A stretch of DNA of 64,000 bases from Candidatus Latescibacterota bacterium. Its GTDB lineage: Bacteria > Latescibacterota > UBA2968 > GCA-2709665. Shown here in pieces: positions 1-10,107 of this stretch (position 1 is the stretch's first letter; every line of letters starts with the position of its first letter). The notes under the pieces are model-generated. The model was not told the origin of the DNA. It did not search any database and saw only the letters and a list, made by a program, of their open reading frames with translations. Both the position numbers and the translations under genes were made by a program. The stretch covers positions 320,001-384,000 of the forward strand of contig OZ220733.1 in assembly GCA_965116875.1 (NCBI GenBank), read 5' to 3'.

Positions 1-188
1 AGCAGCACAAGTGCGGAACGAAACCGTTTTCCGCCTCGAATCGGGTAATCCCGCATCGGTTCGTACAGGTATCCGAATGGCTCGGCCCGAGGCAGAAACC
101 TGAAAAGCTCCGCATCGATGAGGGGTACAAAGGACTCGAGATAAGACTTCAGGCGATCGTTCACCGTCAGGTCCCTCGCGCTCTTCAC
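1..188 (-). CDS. Polyprenyl synthetase family (GGPP/FPP synthase-like), 5' part only; runs off the window edge
   Basis: Not in the ORF track. Manual translation of the minus strand gives ...VNDRLKSYLESFVPLIDAELFRFLPRAEPFGYLYEPMRDYPIRGGKRFRSALVLL, with the GGKRxR motif of trans-isoprenyl diphosphate synthases. The start codon (GTG at 188) is uncertain. Confidence 0.75.
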   Translation of the reverse strand, partial: MKSARDLTVNDRLKSYLESFVPLIDAELFRFLPRAEPFGYLYEPMRDYPIRGGKRFRSALVL

Positions 189-380
189 CGGGATGTTGAT
201 TCCAACTTTTTTCCCGGGGTGTTATCCGTGCGGCAAGACGCCCGTTGTCTACGCAATACGCCGGAGGCAATCCTGACCGCTGCGTGGAGGAAACGGTACC
301 TCGCGGGTTCTGATTCCGGGTAGCGAGATGAGCAGGATTGCTACGCAGGAAGGAGGAGGTTGGGGAGGAAGTTGCCCGGA

Positions 381-409
381 AATATAGCGACAAGCCTGCA
401 TGCGGTCAA
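381..409 (-). promoter_or_regulatory. Putative sigma70 promoter for the polyprenyl synthase
   Basis: Minus strand reads TTGACC-N17-TATATT. Confidence 0.55.
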
Positions 410-469
410 CAGTTTTTGGAATTCATCCGGAAACGCGGCGAACCGGTCCCCGAACGGCGAGGGGACGCA

Positions 470-1420
470 TCAGAGCGCCGTGTGCAAGCAGCGATAGGCA
501 TCGAATACGATCCCCAGATCCCGTCTGGCTTTCGAATAGTTCGAATACGGCTCGAGGCTCCGGTCTTCCAGGCAGCGCAGAAAGTCCCGCGACATCTCCC
601 GATACCCCATCAGATCCGAAATCCCCGGAAAGTACATTCGGACGCCTCGAGGTCCCTTGTGGAGTACATACAGGCCATTGCTCTCAAAGACGATCTGTCC
701 GCGCGTTCCATGAATCCGGGAGTGCTGAAAGACGCCGTTCGTGCGGCTGTTCGTGTTCCACGAATACCTTAATTCAGCCGTCACGTTTCCGGGATAGGTC
801 AATTCAACAACCGACGTCCGCTCCGGGTCTCCGTCGCGACGTCCTGGAAACCGTCCAACGACGCGTTCCGGCGCACACTCGAACATCGCGGAAATCAGCG
901 CGACAAAATGGATACCCCCTTCGAGCAACGCCCCGTACTTGCGTTTCCAGCCGGCCGCCGTCTGCGTGAACATCTTCTTCACGTGGATCGACCTGATGTC
1001 TCCAATCCATTGCCGTGCGGTCAATGTCCTGATTCTCTCGAGCAATGGCTTGTAGTAGTAGTTTTCGGCCACCATCAACAGCGCTTCCGGTTGCGAAGCC
1101 ACCGCGGCGCCGACCGCTTCCACCTCCTCCGGATTTACGCACATCGGTTTTTCGACCATCACGTGCTTGCCCGCCGTGAGTGCGCGTATCACCTGGTCCT
1201 TGTGGAACTCGGGCGGGGATGCAATGACCACCGCGTCGATAACGGGAGATGCCAGCGCATCCTCCACGCGCGGGAAGCTGCCGCTGCCCCGAAACTCACT
1301 GTTGAAACGCCGGGCGCTCTGTTCGGATCGACTGCAGAAAAAGAGCTCGGCTGCGCCCGATAGATTCTTCGCGTGCAGGCGGGCGATGGTCCCGCAGCCC
1401 ACCAGACAGATTTTTTTCAT
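470..1420 (-). CDS. Gfo/Idh/MocA family NAD(P)-dependent oxidoreductase
   Basis: N-terminal GCGTIA Rossmann motif, GKHVMVEKP motif, GALLEGGIH. Confidence 0.9.
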   Translation of the reverse strand: MKKICLVGCGTIARLHAKNLSGAAELFFCSRSEQSARRFNSEFRGSGSFPRVEDALASPVIDAVVIASPPEFHKDQVIRALTAGKHVMVEKPMCVNPEEVEAVGAAVASQPEALLMVAENYYYKPLLERIRTLTARQWIGDIRSIHVKKMFTQTAAGWKRKYGALLEGGIHFVALISAMFECAPERVVGRFPGRRDGDPERTSVVELTYPGNVTAELRYSWNTNSRTNGVFQHSRIHGTRGQIVFESNGLYVLHKGPRGVRMYFPGISDLMGYREMSRDFLRCLEDRSLEPYSNYSKARRDLGIVFDAYRCLHTAL

Positions 1421-1479
1421 TTCACCGATTCCCGGGAGGCAACGTCCTGTTTTCCCGACAACGGACCGGGAGCAGGTGT

Positions 1480-2976
1480 CTATCCATGTTCCGCGTGAAT
1501 GACGTCCGCAACGCGTAACGCGTTGGCTGCGATCGTAAGGCTCGGATTGACCCCTCCCGAAGTGGGCATAAAACTGCCGTCGAGTACGAACAGATTGTCG
1601 ATGCCGCGAAACCTGCAGGACTCATCCAGAACGCTTTCCCGGGCGAGGTTTCCGAAACGCAGGGACCCCACCGCGTGAGAAAACGTCTCCAGGTTGTAAA
1701 TGCGGTGATACAGTCCGCCTGCCTGCTTCAAAACGCGCCTCGCCCTGTCTGTCAGATATTTCCTTCGGAGGCGGTCCCGTTCCGAATATCGATGAACGAC
1801 GCCGGTAACCGCGACTCCGTAGTCGTCCAGTCGAGAGGTCAGATGCACCCGGTTTTCATATTGGGGTTCGTCCTCCGCAATACAAAGCAGATTCTGAAGA
1901 TAACGCGCCATAAAGGCGGTCAGATTCCCGTATCCGAAGGGCGCGAAGTGCTTCAGCACCTCCGGCGCGGGGGTGTAGATGTCCTGAATGGTTCCCACCG
2001 ATGTCCCCAATCGGTCCCTCAGGTCTTCGTAGAAATCCGTAAAGCACAATTGCTTGTGAAAAATGCGGTCGGGATTGGTCGCAAAGGGAAAGAGTCCGGT
2101 CACCACGGCGTTGCAGTGCCGCATCAAAAAGCGACCGATCAGGCGGTGATTGTCGAGTCGATCCAGACCGGAACGCAACAGAATGGCCGGGCTCTGCAGT
2201 GCCCCGGCGCTGAGAATCACAATCTTCGCGCTGAAATCGACCGCCCGGTTTGATGCTCCGTCCAGACACCGGACCCGTACGACCCTGCCGTTACGGGTTT
2301 CCAGCTGCAGGACGATTATCCCGGGCATGACTGCCAGGTCGAATGTCTGTGCCTTTGCCAGAAGTGTCTTGGCCACGTCGTTCTTGGCTTCGATGCGGCA
2401 TGGAAATCCGTCGCAGGTGGAACACCGGATGCAGACCGGCCGGTCTTTGTTCGTGAAATTCAGCGCCAGCGGAATCTTGAAGGGCCGGTGCCCGAGCGTC
2501 TTCGCGGCCTCGTAGATCCGCTTCGCCGGGGGCGTGAGTTCAATCCCTCCGAAACGATATTTCCCGGATCTCGGCGGCTCGTGCATATCCGCCCCCGCCT
2601 GACCATGCACCTCCAGGAGATGCTCCGCCTTCGTATAATATGGCTCCATTGCCGCGTAATCGACCGGCCAGTTGGAGAAATCCTTCTCGCGCAATCGCAG
2701 GGACGCCCCGCCGTAAAATACCGACATGCCGCCGACCGCTTCGTTCGGAAAGACGGTCTGAAGGCCCCCCTCGCCTTCTACCTCCATCGGCGAACGGCTT
2801 CTGTACCGCTGATCGATCAGGATCCCGCGCGGGTCCCAGTCCAGCGAATCCCGCTTCACCCACCCGCCTCGTTCGAGCAGAAGCGTCCGAAAACCCGCCC
2901 GGCTGAGCGCAAACGCCGCAGCGCCGCCGCCGAGACCCGAACCAATCACGATGGCTTCATAGGGTCGTGAGCTCAT
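1480..2976 (-). CDS. GMC family FAD-dependent oxidoreductase
   Basis: IVIGSGLGGG FAD motif, VGGMSVFYGG, CxxCxxC Cys cluster, C-terminal H..GSLRFG and GVNPSLTIAANALR. Start placed at MSSRPYE (2976), overlapping the upstream gene's stop. Confidence 0.9.
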   Translation of the reverse strand: MSSRPYEAIVIGSGLGGGAAAFALSRAGFRTLLLERGGWVKRDSLDWDPRGILIDQRYRSRSPMEVEGEGGLQTVFPNEAVGGMSVFYGGASLRLREKDFSNWPVDYAAMEPYYTKAEHLLEVHGQAGADMHEPPRSGKYRFGGIELTPPAKRIYEAAKTLGHRPFKIPLALNFTNKDRPVCIRCSTCDGFPCRIEAKNDVAKTLLAKAQTFDLAVMPGIIVLQLETRNGRVVRVRCLDGASNRAVDFSAKIVILSAGALQSPAILLRSGLDRLDNHRLIGRFLMRHCNAVVTGLFPFATNPDRIFHKQLCFTDFYEDLRDRLGTSVGTIQDIYTPAPEVLKHFAPFGYGNLTAFMARYLQNLLCIAEDEPQYENRVHLTSRLDDYGVAVTGVVHRYSERDRLRRKYLTDRARRVLKQAGGLYHRIYNLETFSHAVGSLRFGNLARESVLDESCRFRGIDNLFVLDGSFMPTSGGVNPSLTIAANALRVADVIHAEHG

Positions 2977-3757
2977 AGACGTACAGAACCGCCAATCCAA
3001 CGATAATGATCCACGCCATATAGTGGTATTTCTCGCGTGTCTCAATGTATCGTGTTATACGCGGCAGGTCCGGCCTGAACTTGCCGGACATCGTGCGTTG
3101 CACGTAGGTCTTGTAGTACTCGACCAGGAATCGTTCCAGTCCGCCGTTCATGAAGATCAGGTAGCCGATTGGTACCGGCGACGTCGGATCGTTCGAGTAA
3201 AAGAAAACGGGTGAACAGATGGCGAGCACGATGGACGAACGGAAGAATTTCAGGGGCGCGAATCCCTCGAAGGGAGCGTCTTTGTATGCGCCTCCAAGAG
3301 AAACCAGCATTCCCGTGGCAAAAGCGACGGCCGCGAATACCGCGAAGTCGACGATTCGCAATGAGAGAAACAGAATGGAGAATACCGCCGAAACCAGTAC
3401 AACGCCCGAGAAGAGGCGCAACGGCTCGCAGGTCACCGGCCGGCCGAAGAAAGTGATTCTGGATGGCACCGCGTATTTCGACTGATCCTCGGATCTGAAG
3501 AATCCCTTGTACAGCTCCGCGAGGAACCGCTCCAGGCCCATGACGACGAAGAAAACCTGAAACAGGTTCAATTGGCGGAAATTCCCGGAAAAAAAGGGCA
3601 GCCAATAGAGCGCGCAGAAAATCACGGCATGAAAATAGACGCTGCGGGGAAACGTGCGGCGTTTCAGGCCCTCAAAGGGGGAGTCCTTGAATGCGCCCCA
3701 CAACGAGGTGTACAGACCTGAAACCAGACTGACGAAAAACGGGATCCAAAAACCCAT
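2957..3757 (-). CDS. Uncharacterised multi-pass membrane protein with a two-fold internal repeat
   Basis: Hydrophobic helices; repeated GAFKDSPFEG/GAYKDAPFEG and GLERFLAELYK/GLERFLVEYYK; coupled to the GMC gene. Confidence 0.8.
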   Translation of the reverse strand: MGFWIPFFVSLVSGLYTSLWGAFKDSPFEGLKRRTFPRSVYFHAVIFCALYWLPFFSGNFRQLNLFQVFFVVMGLERFLAELYKGFFRSEDQSKYAVPSRITFFGRPVTCEPLRLFSGVVLVSAVFSILFLSLRIVDFAVFAAVAFATGMLVSLGGAYKDAPFEGFAPLKFFRSSIVLAICSPVFFYSNDPTSPVPIGYLIFMNGGLERFLVEYYKTYVQRTMSGKFRPDLPRITRYIETREKYHYMAWIIIVGLAVLYVYELTTL

Positions 3758-3806
3758 AAGCTACCGCCCTGCCTGCCGGAGAGTCGGGAACAATCCACGA
3801 ACGGAT

Positions 3807-3835
3807 AAGATAAATCCTCACGTGCGACCCGTCAA
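3807..3835 (-). promoter_or_regulatory. Putative sigma70 promoter for the membrane protein-GMC-Gfo operon
   Basis: Minus strand reads TTGACG-N17-TATCTT. Confidence 0.5.
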
Positions 3836-3955
3836 GACGCAGGCAAAAAAAGGACAGAACACGTGAAGGCGCGCGTATTCTGTCTTCGAGGCAATTGCGT
3901 TCCAGTCGGGAAGATCAGGATCTTCGAGCCAGCGGGACCCCGGCCTGCCAACGGG

Positions 3956-6403
3956 TTACGGCCGCGCACTTCCTGCTTTGACCGGTCCCCCCCTCCGCTT
4001 GAATCGATCCAGAATCTCGAGGACGGCGGGCAGGACAACCACGGCCGCGACAAAACAGGTCAGAAGGCCGATTACGGCCAGCTTTCCAATGGAGTTCAAG
4101 CCGGGATGTCTGGCGGTGATCAAGCCGAAAAAGCCGATCATCGTCGTCATCATCGATACAAGCATCGCGCCGCCGGTATTCCGGAGGATCACCGGTATCG
4201 AGTCCGCGCCCTCTTCCTGAAACCTGTGGAACAGATGCACACCGTTATCGATGCCCATCCCGATGATGGTGGGCAAGGCCACCATATTGTAGAAATTCAA
4301 TTTCATCCCGGTCAGGAACATGCTTCCACACATCCAGATGGCGCCGCAAATCAGCGGCAACATGACCAGCAGCCCGTTTCGGATGCTTCTGAAATCGATG
4401 AAAACGATCAGGAAGACGACCAGAAGCGTGATGCCGATCGCCCACCTGCTGTCACGGATCATCAATTTAAGCATATCCGCGAAAATGATACTGGAACTGG
4501 ACGAATAAAACGCCCTTCCGGATTCGGTCGTGATCAGGTGCGTGTCGTTCGCGAACTCGATCGCCTGTCGTCCGTCTCGAAGTTGCACGCTGGGATAGAT
4601 GAAGGCGAAATGGGCACGGCTGCCGTCGACGGTTGCGAATTTTCGCAGGATGTTCTTCGGAAGGTCGTCCACATGCAGTTTCTTCACGTCCATCAATTCC
4701 CGCAACTCGTCCACTCGCTCCTTCTGCTCGCCTTTCAGCAATTTCGCGCCTTCGCCGTCCACCAGTTCGCGCAGTTCGGCGATCAACGCCAGTTTCTCGT
4801 CCTCCTGCCGGGGAAGGAAGGACCAGAGCGTCCTGATCTTGTCAATTGTCGGCGTCGGATCGTCGGAATCGATCTTGCCGTTTACAGTATCGACGACTTC
4901 ATCCAGCTCTTCCTTGCTGTCGGCCAGTACGACGCTTGGTGAATGCGACTCGCCCCTGAACTTCGAGAGCGAATTGATCTTGTCTTTCACCTCTTTCGAA
5001 GTGGCGAGATTGGAACGCAGGTTGGTGAAATCATACTCAAACTGGATCCGGTCGAGATTGAAGGCCAGGTAGACCGTGCCGGCGATTGCAACCACGAACA
5101 CAACCGGCGCCAGGGGAAACCGGCCCTTTCCGGAGCCCCGGTGGTGTCCAAGCACATACCGCATTCGCACCAGCTTCAGGCGTTCGTCGGCAAGAACGAG
5201 AAAGGCCGGAAGTACCACGGTCATTGACACCAGAGACATGACGATCCCCGTGCCAACGATAAAACCGAATTCCGAAAACCCCTTGAAATCCGTAATCGTA
5301 AGCGAATAGAACGCCATCGAGGTGGTCAGCGCGGCCGTCAGGATGGCCTGGCCCGTCTGGATCAGCATGGTCTCGACCGATTGCCTGACATCCATATTCG
5401 CCATTCGATCTTCCAGGTACCGGGAGAACATGTGAATGCCGAAATCGATTCCCAGACCGAACAGGATCACGAACAGGAATCCGGTCATCGTGTTCAGATT
5501 GCCGATCACCCAATAGGTGATGGCAAAAGCCCACGTCAGCCCCATGACGAGCGGAATGGCAACAAAAAAAGCAGCCAGTGGCTGCCTGAAATAGAACGTG
5601 AGAAGCAGGACGACACCGATGAATCCGAATATGACCGTCGACTTGATATCGTCCAGAATGACGTTATATTCATCGATCTTGTTCTTGTACGAACCTCCAA
5701 TGGAGACGATCATCCCCGGATGGTAGGATCCCGGATCGAGCGTCTGAACGGCGTTCCGGATGACGCCGTACATCTCTTTGGCGAATCCTATATTGCTCAC
5801 CGTTCCCGATGCCATCACCTCAACCGCAACGATCGTACTGTCCGCGTTGGTATAGTATACTTCGTGCCCGCGGTCTCCATTCTCCTTGTACTTCGACTCG
5901 ATATCCGAAAAATCCAGCGGCTCGTCGTCTTCGCCGTCGTCCAGACTGAAGAACAACGGGGATAACTTCAGCTTCTCCTGCCGGATACGATCGTCAATTC
6001 GCAGCTGGATGTCCTCGAGGTCATCGAGATCCATATACAGCAGCGCGTTTTCCTTGAAAAAATCCACTTCACGCTTGAAATCAACGTAATTTACGTATTT
6101 CCAGTACTTTTCGGCCTTCAGTTCAACAAACAGGTCTTCCACGAATCTTCTGGACGCCGAGAAATCCCCGCATTCCGCCAGAACAACCAGGCTTCCCACG
6201 CCGCCCAGCCGCGCCTTGATATCTTCGAGCGTCTTCACGCTGGGATAGTGTTCCGGGATCAGGGCCGCGATATCCGTCTCGAGGCGCTGGATCAGACGAT
6301 AGACAAAAAAACTGCAAAAAATCGAAAGAAGAGTCGAAACAATAACAATAACGGCGTGTCGTCGATAGACAAAGTCCGCCAGAAACCTCAACCTATCCTG
6401 CAT
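3956..6403 (-). CDS. MMPL/RND family transporter (HpnN/BstA-like lipid exporter)
   Basis: 815 aa; two repeats of TM + periplasmic domain + TM bundle, with GLGIDFGIH and GMGIDNGVH motifs. Confidence 0.9.
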   Translation of the reverse strand: MQDRLRFLADFVYRRHAVIVIVSTLLSIFCSFFVYRLIQRLETDIAALIPEHYPSVKTLEDIKARLGGVGSLVVLAECGDFSASRRFVEDLFVELKAEKYWKYVNYVDFKREVDFFKENALLYMDLDDLEDIQLRIDDRIRQEKLKLSPLFFSLDDGEDDEPLDFSDIESKYKENGDRGHEVYYTNADSTIVAVEVMASGTVSNIGFAKEMYGVIRNAVQTLDPGSYHPGMIVSIGGSYKNKIDEYNVILDDIKSTVIFGFIGVVLLLTFYFRQPLAAFFVAIPLVMGLTWAFAITYWVIGNLNTMTGFLFVILFGLGIDFGIHMFSRYLEDRMANMDVRQSVETMLIQTGQAILTAALTTSMAFYSLTITDFKGFSEFGFIVGTGIVMSLVSMTVVLPAFLVLADERLKLVRMRYVLGHHRGSGKGRFPLAPVVFVVAIAGTVYLAFNLDRIQFEYDFTNLRSNLATSKEVKDKINSLSKFRGESHSPSVVLADSKEELDEVVDTVNGKIDSDDPTPTIDKIRTLWSFLPRQEDEKLALIAELRELVDGEGAKLLKGEQKERVDELRELMDVKKLHVDDLPKNILRKFATVDGSRAHFAFIYPSVQLRDGRQAIEFANDTHLITTESGRAFYSSSSSIIFADMLKLMIRDSRWAIGITLLVVFLIVFIDFRSIRNGLLVMLPLICGAIWMCGSMFLTGMKLNFYNMVALPTIIGMGIDNGVHLFHRFQEEGADSIPVILRNTGGAMLVSMMTTMIGFFGLITARHPGLNSIGKLAVIGLLTCFVAAVVVLPAVLEILDRFKRRGGPVKAGSARP

Positions 6404-6406
6404 GAA

Positions 6407-7030
6407 TCATTCCTTCCCTTTCCCGTCTGCCTCGTCCTCATTCAGCTTGTCTCTGAGTTTCTTTACAAGACCCTCGTACGACGACTTGCGGATCTCCTTG
6501 TAGAACTGAGATCGATTGTTTCTGGCAACGCTCAGATCGTCAATCACCATATCGTACACCAGCCACTTTCCATTGACCGGGTGGAGCTTGTAGTCGATAT
6601 CGCTCTGCTCATCCTTATAGTGTACGATTGTCCGGACAACACCTTCCGTACTGTCGACCTCCGAGCCCACGTACTCAATTCTCTCGGATTTCGTATACAG
6701 CTTCGGATCCGCGTAATTCCTGACGATCAGACGCCGGCACAGGTCTGCAAACTCAGCCTTCTCCGCCTCATTGCGCCGCTGCCAGTGGCGGCCCAATGCG
6801 ACCTTGCCGAACCGGTGAAAATCGAACATGCCTTCCACGATCGCCTTCAGCTGTTCCCGCTCTTCCGCTGTTTCTCCCGCAGTTTCCGAATTGACGATTG
6901 CCTTTATCGAACTGTCCCGTTCCTTCATCGACCGGAGCAACTGTTCAGCCTGGTCCGCACCCTGTGCGAAGGCCCCGCCCAAAAACCCAACAAGGGCATA
7001 AAACACAATAATATACGACAATATTCTCAT
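6407..7030 (-). CDS. MlaC/Ttg2D (HpnM-like) periplasmic lipid-binding protein
   Basis: Signal peptide; FDFHRFGKVALGRHW and WLVYDMVIDDLSVARNNRSQF are typical of MlaC. Confidence 0.88.
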   Translation of the reverse strand: MRILSYIIVFYALVGFLGGAFAQGADQAEQLLRSMKERDSSIKAIVNSETAGETAEEREQLKAIVEGMFDFHRFGKVALGRHWQRRNEAEKAEFADLCRRLIVRNYADPKLYTKSERIEYVGSEVDSTEGVVRTIVHYKDEQSDIDYKLHPVNGKWLVYDMVIDDLSVARNNRSQFYKEIRKSSYEGLVKKLRDKLNEDEADGKGKE

Positions 7031-7145
7031 TTTATCCAGTTCCTTTTTCGGCCGGAAACAAAACGACCCGGCACAGGAACACCACTCCGGCCGGTTCGAT
7101 ACCCGTTCGCTGCTTCCGATAATTTCCCTGCCAGCATCTTGCTCT

Positions 7146-8585
7146 TCAATCCGCCTTTCCCGAAACCAGCTTCCCGGCTTCCGTGGCGCGGGTCCGCATG
7201 ATGTGCCCGATGAATCCGAAAACGGCGCTCACGACAAGGCCGGACCCGAGCACGAAAATCCAGAAAATCGCCTCAAGACAGTTCAAAACCGCCAGAACAC
7301 AGAACAGTGCGGCGAAAAAGTCCCGGCGACACGCGAATTTCAGTCCGCAGTAGACGCGGTGCAGATATCCGCGGCGTTCTTCCGGCACTTCGCTTGAGAA
7401 ACCCATGTTGAAGCTTACGATACTGCCCGATCCGCTCTGCTTCAGGTAGACGCAAATGAGCAGGACCGCAAGCACATTCAACGCAAGGGCGATGAAACCC
7501 AGCGCGATGACAACTGGTTCCGTTGTCAGTCTGTACATCCCGAAAATGACGCCTGAGAAGAATCCAAGATAGGATACGTTGTCCGCGACCGTATCCAACC
7601 ATTCCCCAAAGCGGGATCCCGCGAACTTCAGCGTGGCGACCTCGCCGTCGCAGCCGTCGACAACAGACGCAAACTGAAAGAGCAGCCCTCCCAGCGCGAC
7701 GTAGAAATGGCTCCCCTCCGCCATCGCCCAGCCTGCCAGAAACGTGATCATCATTGCGGCGATTGAAATCTGGTTGGGCGTCACCGGCGTTTTTACCAGG
7801 AATCCGGAAATCCAGGAGGAAATCTTCCTGTTGAAATGGCGCGACACAATCCCGTCAGTCGGCTTGCCCAACTGACCGAACAATGCCGTTTCTCCCTGGC
7901 GCAATGCTTCCGGCGTATCCACGTCCTGCCAGAACATGCCATCGATGTCAACCGCCCTCATGTTTCCTCGCGACGCGATGATCCGGACGCCGCCCGAGAG
8001 CGTTTCGTCGCCGCCGGCAGCGGCAAGCTCAAGGCCGTCGAACAGCGCCTGACTGCAGAGAAAGATACCCGTATCCACCGCGTCGTATTCTCTCAGCGCC
8101 TTGCCGATCTTCCGGATCCGGTCGCCTTCGAGGACGACTTTGGTCGCGTCATCCAGATCCTGTATCCGGTCCAGCCGCGTGTCTATGCACAACGCCGACT
8201 CGCCCGCGCCCAGCAACAGACCCCGCATGAGGGTGATTACCTTCGGCTCGAACAGATGGTCCGCCATCAACAGAAGAAACGTGCCATCCACGTAATCACG
8301 CGCTTTCAGAACGGAAAGGCCATTTCCCCGCTTCCAATCCGGGTTTTCAATCCAATCTATATTCACGTCGATCTGCGGGTCATTTGCGATGGCTTCGCGT
8401 ATTTCATCGCCCCGATAGCCAATGACGATGGCAAACTCCGAGATCCCCGCTCTTCTTGCGGTCAGAATGGCCCTCTTCAACAACCCCACGCCGGCGACTT
8501 TGACAAGCGGCTTCGGTCTGCCACATCCTTGTCCGTTCAGGCGGCTGCCCATACCGGCAGCAATAATCACCGCCTTTTTTACCAT
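7146..8585 (-). CDS. Bifunctional NTP-transferase / CDP-alcohol phosphotransferase (IPCT-DIPPS-like)
   Basis: AAGMGSRL...PKPL nucleotidyltransferase motif; KPTDGIVSRHFNRKIS linker; DGCDGEVA...GEWLDTVAD CDP-alcohol motif; GGAGGG RBS before ATG at 8585. Confidence 0.9.
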   Translation of the reverse strand: MVKKAVIIAAGMGSRLNGQGCGRPKPLVKVAGVGLLKRAILTARRAGISEFAIVIGYRGDEIREAIANDPQIDVNIDWIENPDWKRGNGLSVLKARDYVDGTFLLLMADHLFEPKVITLMRGLLLGAGESALCIDTRLDRIQDLDDATKVVLEGDRIRKIGKALREYDAVDTGIFLCSQALFDGLELAAAGGDETLSGGVRIIASRGNMRAVDIDGMFWQDVDTPEALRQGETALFGQLGKPTDGIVSRHFNRKISSWISGFLVKTPVTPNQISIAAMMITFLAGWAMAEGSHFYVALGGLLFQFASVVDGCDGEVATLKFAGSRFGEWLDTVADNVSYLGFFSGVIFGMYRLTTEPVVIALGFIALALNVLAVLLICVYLKQSGSGSIVSFNMGFSSEVPEERRGYLHRVYCGLKFACRRDFFAALFCVLAVLNCLEAIFWIFVLGSGLVVSAVFGFIGHIMRTRATEAGKLVSGKAD

Positions 8586-9943
8586 GACACCCTCCCGGTA
8601 CCCTCCAGTATCGAAGTTCCCGTCGCGCGCTGCAGTGCCATCCAGGCGAGATTGAACTCCAATACAGCCTGGTAGTACTTGGCGCGAATTATGCCGTACT
8701 CTTTCACTGCATCGACCATTTCTCCCGCCTCCTCCAGCCCCGCATTGAACCCGTCTCTCGCCGACACAAACCACCGCCGGGTTGCGCGGCGGGCCTTTCG
8801 AGCCGCCTCGATATTGGCTTTCGCTTCGATGAGCGAAAGATAGGCGCTCTCGATCTCAAGCCTGGCGCCCTGCGCCGCCAGCTGAGCCTGATAGCCGAGT
8901 TTTTCGTAGGACAGACGGGCTTCTTTCACCTTTGCTCTTGTACTTGCGAATGACAATGACTGCCGGAAGCCCAGCACGGCGCCCAACTCAGTCACGTTGA
9001 ACTCGTCTTTCAGAAACGGGTTCCGCTGGCGGTCCCTGTTCGGCGCAAAACCGTATTTGAACCGGCCGGCCAGGAAAACCTGTGGAAACAGGTCTGTTCG
9101 GACGGCGCGCACCTGCGCCGACCGCACCCGCAGAACTTCCCGAAGCTGCCCCAGATCCGGGCGCCCCTCGACGCGCGACAGATAAGTTTCCAGTGGACGG
9201 ATCTGAACGTCAACCGGCCTCAGAATTCCTTCCGCCAGAACAAGGGAATCGGACTCAGAAAGCCCAATGAGAGTCCGGAGCGCCGAACGTGCGATCCCCT
9301 GACTCTTGACAACCCTGTTTGCATTCTCCTCCACGTCGAAAACAAACCTGTCAATACGGTGCAGATCGGTATACGTAAAATCCCCCGTATCGGCATCCAG
9401 CTTTTCGACGATCGTTCGCCGCGCCCTGTCGATTTCCCCACGGGACTCGAGCGCCAGTTCCCGAAGCTGATTCGCCAAAAGCAGCAGATAGTAGGCCCTC
9501 GCGACCTCTTGCTCCAGGTCGAATCGGGATCTGGTCAGACCGGCGCGCTGCGCTTCGATACCCCCGGATGCAGCTTCCACCGCGGCATTGAGCTTTCCAA
9601 AGGTGAAGAGTGGCTGAACCAGCGACAATTCGGTCCTTGTAAACACACTCATCCGCCGCCAGTTGCTCTCCCCGGTAAGCGCGTCGCCTCGAGCCTCAGG
9701 CGATGGCCCGACCGTCCACGTGAAATCCAGCCCTGGAAGAAATCGCGCGGCATGCACCTGCCGGAGCCTGTTCTCCGCGATGTGCAGATCCGCCCTGGCG
9801 GCCTGAATGGATGGACTCGACGCAAATGCCATCCGAACGCACCCGGCGAGATCGTATTGGGGCTGTCCGGATTCGGAATCGCACGGACGGATGCCGATCA
9901 CGACAGCGAAGACCATGACAATTGAAGCAGGATACTTTGTCAT
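8579..9943 (-). CDS. TolC family outer-membrane efflux protein
   Basis: Two OEP-like repeats (QPLFTFGK, VARAYY, FPQVFL, IESAY); signal-peptide-like N-terminus from MTKYPAS (9943). Confidence 0.85.
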   Translation of the reverse strand: MTKYPASIVMVFAVVIGIRPCDSESGQPQYDLAGCVRMAFASSPSIQAARADLHIAENRLRQVHAARFLPGLDFTWTVGPSPEARGDALTGESNWRRMSVFTRTELSLVQPLFTFGKLNAAVEAASGGIEAQRAGLTRSRFDLEQEVARAYYLLLLANQLRELALESRGEIDRARRTIVEKLDADTGDFTYTDLHRIDRFVFDVEENANRVVKSQGIARSALRTLIGLSESDSLVLAEGILRPVDVQIRPLETYLSRVEGRPDLGQLREVLRVRSAQVRAVRTDLFPQVFLAGRFKYGFAPNRDRQRNPFLKDEFNVTELGAVLGFRQSLSFASTRAKVKEARLSYEKLGYQAQLAAQGARLEIESAYLSLIEAKANIEAARKARRATRRWFVSARDGFNAGLEEAGEMVDAVKEYGIIRAKYYQAVLEFNLAWMALQRATGTSILEGTGRVSW

Positions 9944-10107
9944 GTGTGAATTTTTACGACACGTGTGGGAAAATTGCAACGCCTCCCCCGTTAACCTCCC
10001 GGACAAACGGCGAATGGATTCAAGCGGAAAAAGCAGAAGGATGTTCGGATATATCAATGCAACCTTCACTCGAAACCTGATTTTCTATACGAAATCAGTA
10101 CATTAAA

